Origin: Gammaproteobacteria bacterium
Lineage (GTDB): Bacteria > Pseudomonadota > Gammaproteobacteria > Burkholderiales > SG8-39
Direction of reading: 5' to 3'
DNA length: 43,362 bases
Assembly (NCBI GenBank): GCA_041493345.1
Contig: JBGPYQ010000002.1
Span: forward strand, 1 to 43,362
Both the position numbers and the translations under genes were made by a program. The notes beneath the pieces are model-generated. The model had not been told where the DNA came from and did not search any database. It saw nothing but the letters and a program-made list of their open reading frames with translations. Positions within the stretch are counted from its first letter, which is position 1. Each line of letters begins with the position of its first letter. Shown piece by piece: positions 22,806 to 30,208 of the stretch.

Positions 22806-23202
22806 GCGCGACGTGCCGCAGGAGGGCAACACCGCGCTTGCGGGCCGCCGCAAGGCGATTTTTGCGGTCGGCGACGACGGAAAGTTGCGGCTCGTGCCCT
22901 CGCGCGGCTGGGAAGTGGAAGAGATCGTCACGCGCCAGGCGGTGGAGGACCTGGAGCGGCGCGCGCAAGAGGCGAAGGAACGCGTCCTCGCCGGCCAGAC
23001 CTCGCCCCTCGAATACCATATGTATCGGGCGCGCATGGACATCGCCTTGCTGTCGCAGAGCACCGGCTTGTGGCGCTGGCGGGTGCGGCGTCACTTCAAG
23101 CCGCACGTGTTCGCGCGCTTGCCGCTGTCGCTGCGCGAGCTTTATGCCGGGGCGCTCGGCATTTCCGTGGAAGCCTTGGCAAAGGTGGAGGAGCGGTGGT
23201 GA
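22798..23202 (+). CDS. Small helix-turn-helix (XRE/Cro-like C-terminal domain) protein
   Basis: ATG 22798 overlaps the DarB-like stop by 8 nt. It is 134 aa, and the C-terminal ..MDIALLSQSTGLWRWRVRRHFKPHVFARLPLSLRELYAGALGISVEAL.. fits an XRE-type HTH pattern. Confidence 0.6.
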   Translation: MRERDVPQEGNTALAGRRKAIFAVGDDGKLRLVPSRGWEVEEIVTRQAVEDLERRAQEAKERVLAGQTSPLEYHMYRARMDIALLSQSTGLWRWRVRRHFKPHVFARLPLSLRELYAGALGISVEALAKVEERW

Positions 23203-24203
23203 CCGCTTTCACGCACCGACGCGCCTCGCATTGCGAATCCGGCGTGATGTCATCGCTATTGCACCACCACGGCTTGCCGATGTCCGAGCCGATGGCGTTC
23301 GGCCTGTCGTCGGCGCTGGCGTTCGCCTACCTGCCGTGCATCCGCATCAACGGGATGCCGCTGGTGGCGTTTCGCATGCCGCCACGCGCGATCGTCAAGG
23401 GCCTGCAGCGCGGCTTGGGATTCGGTATGCGTTTCGAGACTTTTCGCTCGCCTGAGAGCGGTACGGCGCGCCTCGATGCGCTGCTCGACGCGGGCAGGCT
23501 TGTCGGATTGCAGGCGGGCATCTACTGGCTGCCGTATTTTCCGCCCGACCTGCGGTTTCACTTCAACGCACACAACCTGCTGGTTTACGGCCGCGAGGGC
23601 GACGACTATCTCGTCAGCGATCCGGTGGCCGAGGCGTCGGTTCGCTGCGCGCGCAAGGACATGGAGAAGGCGCGCTTCGCGAAAGGAGTGCTTGCGCCCA
23701 AAGGGCTGCTCTATTACGTGACCACACCGCCGTCGGAGCCTGACTGGGCGCGTCTCGGCCGGCGTGCCCTCGCCCGCACCGCGGATATCATGCTGCGCAC
23801 CCCCTTGCCGCTGATCGGCGTGCGCGGGATCGGAATGCTGGCACGTCGCGTCAAGCGACTGCCTCTCGACGGCGGCGGCGAGCGTGCTCGCCTCTATATC
23901 GGCCACATCGTGCGCATGCAGGAGGAAATCGGCACCGGCGGCGGCGGGTTCCGTTTCATGTACGCGTCGTTTCTGCAGGAGCTGGCCGGCAAGACCGGCT
24001 ATACTCCGCTCGATGGACTTGCGGTTCGCCTGATTGAAATCGGCGACCGCTGGCAGGAGTTCGCCGTCGCGGCCGCGCGCATGATCCGTCGTCGCGACCC
24101 GCTGGCGCCGCCGGCGCTGGCAGAGCGCCTGCGCGCGCTTGCCCGCGACGAAAGGCTTTTCTTCCAGGAGTTGCGCAGCGTTCAGCGCGCATGGGCATGC
24201 TGA
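23196..24203 (+). CDS. BtrH_N-domain (papain-like, ACP-acyltransferase-related) + DUF4872-like protein
   Basis: GTG start (23196 or 23199) overlaps the upstream stop (GTGGTGA) and follows an AAGGTGGAGGAG SD. The N-terminus ..FTHRRASHCESGVMSSLLHHHGLPMSEPMAFGLSSALAFAYLP.. is the typical BtrH_N opening. Confidence 0.65.
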   Translation: MVTAFTHRRASHCESGVMSSLLHHHGLPMSEPMAFGLSSALAFAYLPCIRINGMPLVAFRMPPRAIVKGLQRGLGFGMRFETFRSPESGTARLDALLDAGRLVGLQAGIYWLPYFPPDLRFHFNAHNLLVYGREGDDYLVSDPVAEASVRCARKDMEKARFAKGVLAPKGLLYYVTTPPSEPDWARLGRRALARTADIMLRTPLPLIGVRGIGMLARRVKRLPLDGGGERARLYIGHIVRMQEEIGTGGGGFRFMYASFLQELAGKTGYTPLDGLAVRLIEIGDRWQEFAVAAARMIRRRDPLAPPALAERLRALARDERLFFQELRSVQRAWAC

Positions 24204-25120
24204 ACATCGAGGGATTGTCATTTCACTATCCCGGCAGCACCGAAACGGTGCTGGATGGCGTGACCCTCGTCATCCCGGACGACGGGATATTCGGATTGCT
24301 GGGGCCGAACGGGGCCGGCAAGACCACGTTGATCTCGATACTCGCCGGCCAACTGCGCGGCGCGACCGGACGCATAGCCGTCAGCGGCGAGCCGCTCGAA
24401 AGCGTGCGCCGTCGCCAGCCGCACTGCCTCGGACTGGTGCCACAGGAGTGCGCGTTCTACCCCATGCTGACCTGCCTGGAGAATCTGCACTTCTTCGGCG
24501 GCGTGCAGGGGCTGCGCGGCGTCCGGCTCAGGCAACGCGTCGAGAGCGTGGTCGGGTTCACCCGCATCGAGGGAGTGCTCAAGCGTCGCGCCGGGCAGTT
24601 GTCCGGCGGTCTCAAGCGCCGCCTGAATCTCGCCATCGGCCTGCTCACGGAACCGGAAATGCTGCTGCTCGATGAGCCGACCGTGGGCGTGGATCCGCAA
24701 TCACGCGCGTTTCTCCTCGATTCCATCCGCTCGCTCGCAGGCAAGGGCAGGATCATCCTCTACACGAGTCACTACATGGAGGAGGTGCAGGCGATCTGCG
24801 ATAGCGCTGCGATCATCGACCGTGGCCGGGTGCTGGTGTCTGGGAGGCTGGCCGAGGTGCTGCTGGACGGGTCCGGTTCGCTGACGTTGCGTTTGCGCGC
24901 GCAGCTGCCGGACGCGCTCGCCGCGGACTGGCGGGCGCGCTACGCGCTGCGCGAGGATGGCGTGGCGCGCTACCACCTGCGCGTGTCTTCGGCCGCGGCG
25001 GCGGCGCAGGTGATCGAGGCAGCGCGAGCCGCTGACTGCGAGCCGGTCGCGATCAGCTACGGGCAGCGCGACCTCGAGCAGCTCTTCATGCAACTGACCA
25101 ACCGTTCGCTGCGCGACTGA
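24191..25120 (+). CDS. ABC transporter ATP-binding protein (ABC-2/drug-export type)
   Basis: Walker A GPNGAGKTT, signature LSGGLKRRL and Walker B LLLDEPT are present. An alternative start is ATG 24197. Confidence 0.92.
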   Translation: MGMLNIEGLSFHYPGSTETVLDGVTLVIPDDGIFGLLGPNGAGKTTLISILAGQLRGATGRIAVSGEPLESVRRRQPHCLGLVPQECAFYPMLTCLENLHFFGGVQGLRGVRLRQRVESVVGFTRIEGVLKRRAGQLSGGLKRRLNLAIGLLTEPEMLLLDEPTVGVDPQSRAFLLDSIRSLAGKGRIILYTSHYMEEVQAICDSAAIIDRGRVLVSGRLAEVLLDGSGSLTLRLRAQLPDALAADWRARYALREDGVARYHLRVSSAAAAAQVIEAARAADCEPVAISYGQRDLEQLFMQLTNRSLRD

Positions 25121-26307
25121 TGCACCGCCTGCTTGCCATGTGGAAGAAAGAATGGCTCGCGCTCGCGCGCGATGTCCACGGTCTCGCGGTCCTGTTCGTG
25201 ATGCCCGCGGCGTTCATCGTCATCATGTCGCTGGCGTTGAGCGACGCGTTCAAGGCCGATACCGGCCACCAGACCGATTTCGCAGTGCTGGCCGCCGATG
25301 GCTCGAACTTGGCGGAACGGCTTGCACGAAGACTGGAGGGCGACGGTTTTCGCGCCGCACCCGCGCCAGACGATGAAGCTGCGGCGCGCGCCGGCGTACG
25401 CCAGGGAAAACCCGGATTGGTCCTGCTCGTGCCGCGCGCATTCGAGCGCGGCTTGCGCGAGCCTCCGGATCGAACGAATCCTTCGCAGGCGCTTACGCTG
25501 CTCGCCGATCCCGCGTTGCCGCCTGCGCAGCTCGCTGTCTTCCAGCATCGCGTCCTAGGCATGGTGCTGGGACTGCGCGTGTCTGCCGCGGCTCGTATCT
25601 CCGGCATTGCGGACGATACCGGCGCGTTCGACCTGAAACGGGCGGCGACATTGAGCATCGAAGTGGTCGGCAATCCACGCGCCGGTCGTCCCTCCTCGGT
25701 GCAGCAAAACGTGCCGGCATGGCTCATCTTCGGCATGTTCTTCGTGGTAATGCCGATCTCCTCGCTGTTCATCGTCGAACGGCGCGAGGGCACGCTCGCG
25801 CGCTTGGCGAGCCAGCAGGTTCCATTCTCGCTGCTGTTGCTTGGCAAGGTGGTGCCGTTCTTCGTTGTCAATCTGGGGCAGGCGGCGCTGATGCTGCTGG
25901 CCGGCCGCACGCTGGTGCCGTGGCTAGGCGGCGAACAGCTGGCGCTGCCGGCGCGCTGGGACCTCCTCGCCGCCGTCGCGGCAAGCACGAGCCTGGCCGC
26001 GATAGGCTGGGGCTTGCTGGTAGCGGTATGTGCGCGCACGATGGAACAGGCGACCGTGATCGGCGGCGTCGGAAATATTCTCGCTGCCGCCATGGGCGGT
26101 ATCATGGTGCCGCGTTTCGTGATGCCCGACACCATGCAGGCCTGGGTGGATCTGTCGCCCATGGCCTGGGCGCTGGACGGATTTCATGCCGTGATTTTGC
26201 GGCAGGGCGGCGTGTTGGACATCCTCGCGCCGTGCCTCAAGCTGTTGTTGCTTGCCGCCGTGCTGTTCGCCGCCACGCTCTGGGCGCATCATCGGCGCCG
26301 CATCTAG
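25120..26307 (+). CDS. ABC-2 family transporter permease
   Basis: TGATG overlap with the ATPase gene. 395 aa with an N-terminal TM helix, a large extracytoplasmic loop and a C-terminal bundle of hydrophobic helices (..WLIFGMFFVVMPISSLFIVERREGTL..), typical of YhhJ/YbhS-type ABC-2 permeases. Confidence 0.88.
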   Translation: MHRLLAMWKKEWLALARDVHGLAVLFVMPAAFIVIMSLALSDAFKADTGHQTDFAVLAADGSNLAERLARRLEGDGFRAAPAPDDEAAARAGVRQGKPGLVLLVPRAFERGLREPPDRTNPSQALTLLADPALPPAQLAVFQHRVLGMVLGLRVSAAARISGIADDTGAFDLKRAATLSIEVVGNPRAGRPSSVQQNVPAWLIFGMFFVVMPISSLFIVERREGTLARLASQQVPFSLLLLGKVVPFFVVNLGQAALMLLAGRTLVPWLGGEQLALPARWDLLAAVAASTSLAAIGWGLLVAVCARTMEQATVIGGVGNILAAAMGGIMVPRFVMPDTMQAWVDLSPMAWALDGFHAVILRQGGVLDILAPCLKLLLLAAVLFAATLWAHHRRRI

Positions 26308-26350
26308 AATCCTGCGCCATGGCACAGCGCGATGCATGGGATGCGGGACC

Positions 26351-26484
26351 CTACGGCCTGATCTGCGACCACAGCTTGTCGAGGCGCTTGTAGGAGACCG
26401 GGTACGGGGTCTTGAGTTCCTGGGCAAAGAGCGAGACGCGCAACTCCTCGATGCGCCAGCGGAAATCCTCCAGCCGGGGATCGG
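26351..26484 (-). pseudogene. hrpA: 3'-terminal remnant of an hrpA-type ATP-dependent helicase gene
   Basis: Own minus-strand translation gives ..ETDPRLEDFRWRIEELRVSLFAQELKTPYPVSYKRLDKLWSQIRP* (stop 26353..26351). This matches the conserved extreme C-terminus of HrpA (..RW..EELRVSLFAQ.L.T..PVS.KRL...W). No upstream helicase body is present. Confidence 0.6.
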
Positions 26485-26490
26485 TTTCGC

Positions 26491-26580
26491 CCGCTCGCCT
26501 TCCACCGACAGCTCAACGCGACCCACTGTCCACGGCGCAACCAAGCCCAGAAGCTGTTGATACAGTTCGACGTCTCGCAT
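26491..26580 (-). pseudogene. 5' remnant (about 30 codons) of an ISL3-family transposase gene
   Basis: MRDVELYQQLLGLVAPWTVGRVELSVEGE matches the conserved ISL3 transposase N-terminus (..ELY..LLGL..PW.V..V.L....). The SD AAGGAGG sits in a ggcctc/gaggcc hairpin just upstream. The reading frame then loses similarity and abuts the hrpA stub. Confidence 0.6.
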
Positions 26581-26767
26581 GGCCTCGACCCTCCTTTGAG
26601 GCCATTTCTACACCATCCGCCCCTACTGACCCACGCAAAACCCGGATGAACCGGAAAATCAATCGCGCCCCGGCGAGTTTCCTGCGATCGGTCGTAATAC
26701 GCCGCATCGCAGGCTCTGACATGCGACGGCACGGATCGAATTTTCCTTCGCCTTGTCGTTGGATTAA

Positions 26768-27052
26768 GCGCGACCGTCACGATAATCGAAAAGAATCAAT
26801 CGGCGCAATATACCAGCGAGCGGTTTGATGGCGCTGGCGAAGAATGGATCTTCCGGTCCTTTGTTTCCTGAAGCTTCACCCGCTCGCCCGCAGACACCGC
26901 TGCCTGGCGGCGCCTCGCCCCAACGTCAAACACCGCCTTCCGGGTCGACCGGAGGGCAACCCTCGCGGCCTAAATGGGATCTATCGTTTTTTCATCCGCT
27001 GGACGCTACAATCGCGGGTGCCAAGGATTATCCTCAGCGGCCCCGCGAGGAA
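26768..27052 (+). repeat. Direct repeat copy 2, split by a 130-bp insertion (26810-26939)
   Basis: See copy 1. 26768-26809 and 26940-27052 are the homologous parts. It lies immediately upstream of the DUF2846/beta-barrel gene. Confidence 0.85.
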
Positions 27053-27083
27053 AACGAGGAAAAAACAGGATGGAGATCCGCCC

Positions 27084-28136
27084 ATGAATCAGCTGCGCGC
27101 ATGCCTTTCGGTGAGCGGCGCTCTCTTGCTCGCCGGTCTGTTTTCTGCCCCGCCCGCGCACGCCCAGGACGATGCCCGGCAGGCCACCCCGCCGCCCGGC
27201 AAGGCGCTGGTGTTCGTTTTTCGCAGCGAGCGTGAGCCGGTAGCCGCGCGGGTGCCGGTGCTCGTGAATCTGGAGCCCGTCGGCGAGCTGGAAAACGGCA
27301 CCTTCACAACCGCGACCGTCAGTCCGGGAAGGACTCACCTGCGTGTCGGCGATCGCGTGCTGACCATAATCTCGCTCGAGGCCGCGGCCGACCAGAGCTA
27401 TTTCGTGTGGGTTGAGGCCCTCGCCGGCCTGACGCCGGTGCGAACAGAGGTGCGTGTGGTGAGCGAATCCGAGGGTCGCCGCTCGATCGCGCAAAGCCGC
27501 TTCGTCGAGGTCGCGCCGGCGACGAGGGCCGTCGCGCCGCGCTCCCAGCAGCCGATCTACGCCGCCAAGCCTGCTGCAACGCAACCGGCAGCTGCCCGGA
27601 CGATACCCGCCTCCACAGAGTCGGGCCGCGACTGGGACTTTGCGCTCATCGCGAACGGGGGTACGTTCAAATTGGCCAATGGCAACCAGGTGATCGCCGG
27701 CCTCGCAAGTACCTACGATACGACTTCCAATCCCGTATTCGGTGTTGAGGCCGAGTGGCGCAGCAAGACGGGCATTGCCGTGGGCGGCGAGGTCTTTTAT
27801 TACAAGAATGATCTGGTCGCGACCGGAACCATTCTCAGTGGCCAGCAGGAAGTGCTCGCATTAATGGTGAACGGAAAGTATTACTTCCGCGCGGCAAGCT
27901 GGTTCTATCCTTTCGTGGGCGCCGGTATCGGTTCCGCCACTGCCACCTATAGTGGTGACATCACGGGGACGGGGACAGGTCTGGCTTATCAGGGCCTGGC
28001 GGGCGCGGAATTCCGCTTCGAGCACGTCGGTCTCTATGTGCAGTACAAGCGTCTTTCCTCCACCACCGGGAGTTCCGGCAAAGAGGTGAAGGTCGGCGGC
28101 AGCGGTATTCTTGCCGGAGTAAGTATCATCTTCTGA
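27084..28136 (+). CDS. Outer-membrane protein: N-terminal DUF2846-like domain fused to a C-terminal 8-strand-type beta-barrel
   Basis: ATG 27084 starts MNQLRACLSVSGALLLAGLFSAPPAHAQ (signal peptide). ..GKALVFVFRSE..GTFTTATVSPGRTHLRV..SYFVWVEA.. is DUF2846-like. An A/P/Q-rich linker follows, then alternating-hydrophobic strands ending ..GILAGVSIIF (terminal Phe). Confidence 0.75.
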   Translation: MNQLRACLSVSGALLLAGLFSAPPAHAQDDARQATPPPGKALVFVFRSEREPVAARVPVLVNLEPVGELENGTFTTATVSPGRTHLRVGDRVLTIISLEAAADQSYFVWVEALAGLTPVRTEVRVVSESEGRRSIAQSRFVEVAPATRAVAPRSQQPIYAAKPAATQPAAARTIPASTESGRDWDFALIANGGTFKLANGNQVIAGLASTYDTTSNPVFGVEAEWRSKTGIAVGGEVFYYKNDLVATGTILSGQQEVLALMVNGKYYFRAASWFYPFVGAGIGSATATYSGDITGTGTGLAYQGLAGAEFRFEHVGLYVQYKRLSSTTGSSGKEVKVGGSGILAGVSIIF

Positions 28137-28208
28137 GGCGCGAGCGCAGCGCGCCGACGCGCCCGGCGCCGACGATGGTGATTCCCAGTGCGCTCCGTCA
28201 TCGCGCCA

Positions 28209-29186
28209 TTACTCCGGCTTGATGCCGGCTTCGCGCACGAGCCGGCCTTTCTTTTCAAATTCCGCCCTGACGTGCTCGGTGAACTCCTCGGGCGATGCGC
28301 TCGCTTTGAGCTCGACGCCGCGCTCGAGGAAACGGTTGCGCAGGTCCGGCGCGCGCACGGCGCTATTGACTGCTTCGTTCAGGCGCGCCAGGATCTCGCG
28401 CGGCGTTCCCGCCGGGGCCATGAGGCCGTTGAAGGTGATATCTTCGTAGCCCGGCACGCCCGACTCGTCCACCGTGGGCACATCGGGAAGGAGCGGCGAG
28501 CGCTTCAGGCTCGTGACGGCCAGCGCCCGCAATTTTCCCGCCTTGATGTGAGACGCCGAAGTGCTCACCTGGTCGTACATCATCATGACTTGACCGCTGA
28601 TCACGTCGACCAGCGCCTGCGAATTGCCCTTGTAAGGGACGTGCAGCATTTTCACCCCCGCCTGGCGGTTGAAGAGCTCGGCCGCCATATGGCCGGTGGA
28701 GCCGTTTCCCGCGGACGCGTAGGAAATCTCACCCGGCCGCGCTTTGGCAAGCGCGATCAGCTCCTTTACCGACTGCGCGGGCAGCGCGGGATTCGCGACC
28801 AGCACCTGCGGCACAAGGCAGGTGAGCGTGACACCGGCAAAGTCCTTCAGCGGATCGTAGCCGGGGTTCGCCACGATCAGGGGCACGGTGGCGAAGGTGT
28901 TGGCCATCGCGAGCAGCGTATAGCCGTCCGCGGCCGACTTCGCGACGAACTGCGTGCCCACGAGGCTCGACGCGCCGGGCCGGTTCTCGACGAGGACCGG
29001 CTGGCCGAATCCCCTCGCGATCTGCTCCGCGATCGTGCGCGCGACGATATCCACGTTGCCGCCCGCCGCGAGCGGAACGATGATCCGGATCGCGCGGTTG
29101 GGATAATCGGCCGCACTCTGGCCGGGCGCGGCGGCCGAAAAACCTGCCGCAAGAACCACCGCAGAAAAAATGCGGGCGAATTTCAT
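28209..29186 (-). CDS. Bug/TctC-family substrate-binding protein
   Basis: 325 aa: MKFARIFSAVVLAAGFSAAAPGQSAADYPNRAIRIIVPLAAGGNVD.., ..ASAGNGSTGHM.., ..VPYKGNSQA... Confidence 0.93.
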   Translation of the reverse strand: MKFARIFSAVVLAAGFSAAAPGQSAADYPNRAIRIIVPLAAGGNVDIVARTIAEQIARGFGQPVLVENRPGASSLVGTQFVAKSAADGYTLLAMANTFATVPLIVANPGYDPLKDFAGVTLTCLVPQVLVANPALPAQSVKELIALAKARPGEISYASAGNGSTGHMAAELFNRQAGVKMLHVPYKGNSQALVDVISGQVMMMYDQVSTSASHIKAGKLRALAVTSLKRSPLLPDVPTVDESGVPGYEDITFNGLMAPAGTPREILARLNEAVNSAVRAPDLRNRFLERGVELKASASPEEFTEHVRAEFEKKGRLVREAGIKPE

Positions 29187-29225
29187 CGTGGTTCTAATCG
29201 CTCCGCCGGCGCGCCGGAATCCCGT

Positions 29226-29993
29226 CTAGGGAGCAGCGTACCTGACCAGAATGCGCGCGACGCGGGACTTCTCGCCCCAGTGCACGAATCCCTGGCAGAT
29301 CTGCCTGGTCGCTTCGATGTCCGGCCGTTCGAACGATTTTTTCACAAAGCGGGCCTGGCCCGCGTCCTGCCCGCGCTGCACGCGGCTCTCCGGCCAGGGT
29401 TCGTGCGAATCCTCAAAGCGCGTGTAAAGCAGCAGCTCGGTGACGGTTGCCTTTGCCGGGATCCTCGCGCATACGGCGACGCGCATCGCGCTCTGCTCGC
29501 TGCAAGGCTGCCTGGTTCCGGACGGCCGGGGTCCGGACGGCAGGGTACTTTGCGGCTTGCACGGACCGACCACGATACTTGCCGCAGCGCCTTCCTCGCC
29601 CCGGTGCGAGGCTTCGGTGCGGCGTACGCCGGTTTCGATCTGCTCGCGCTCGGTCAGCCGGGCCTGCTCCAGCCGAGCCGCGCTCGCGCTGATCTCGGTG
29701 AGCTTGGCCTGCAGATCGGCGCGCAGCGCGTCCCGGTCGGCGCGCAGCGTATCCCGGTCGCCTTCGCGCAATGAAACGAAATATTGCGAAAGAGCAAAGC
29801 CGCCCGCGGCCGCCGCGATCATCAGAACCATGACGGCGAACACCGGTCCGCGCCGCGTTTTCTTCGAGATGGGCTGTCCGCGTTCGCGCTCTCTCAACTC
29901 TCTCTTCCAGGAAATACGAAGCTGGACGAGCGTGGCCAGCACCGTGGCGGTGGCGCCGATGATCGCGGCGTAAAGGGGCTCGGAGAAGTTCAT
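29226..29993 (-). CDS. Hypothetical membrane protein (2 TM helices, coiled-coil with heptad DNA repeat, Cys-containing C-terminal domain)
   Basis: ATG 29993 starts MNFSEPLYAAIIGATATVLATLVQL..; the TTG at 30005 is an alternative start. The second TM is ..VFAVMVLMIAAAAGGFALSQYF... The product has no recognisable family. A 21-bp tandem repeat at 29715-29756 encodes RDTLRAD/RDALRAD. Confidence 0.55.
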   Translation of the reverse strand: MNFSEPLYAAIIGATATVLATLVQLRISWKRELRERERGQPISKKTRRGPVFAVMVLMIAAAAGGFALSQYFVSLREGDRDTLRADRDALRADLQAKLTEISASAARLEQARLTEREQIETGVRRTEASHRGEEGAAASIVVGPCKPQSTLPSGPRPSGTRQPCSEQSAMRVAVCARIPAKATVTELLLYTRFEDSHEPWPESRVQRGQDAGQARFVKKSFERPDIEATRQICQGFVHWGEKSRVARILVRYAAP

Positions 29994-30208
29994 GAAAAGG
30001 GCCAATGATACGAGATCGCGCCCGGGAAGAAAATGAGCAGGCCCGGAACGCCGTGAACTGCGTCACGCCGCGCGGGGGCGCGCCGCGCCCCGGGCCCCGG
30101 CCGCGCGAATCTCCGGATCGGACGCGGTGGGCGTAATCGTGAAAGAATAGCCGGGGCGAATCCCGACCGGTTCGCAGCCTGTAAGGAATATATTCGCCAG
30201 GGAGGGGA

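Noticed and set aside
26844-27083. N-terminal extension of the OMP ORF through the duplicated leader (..GIYRFFIRWTLQSRVPRIILSGPARK..). The same peptide also appears in ORF 20451..20696
   Set aside because: The shared peptide simply reflects the DNA repeat. In copy 1 the frame is not joined to the downstream gene. A proper signal peptide begins at ATG 27084 with an SD.
28188-29774. 528-aa + strand ORF
   Set aside because: It is antisense to a clear Bug gene and to the membrane-protein gene. It has Arg-rich composition, no SD and no motifs.
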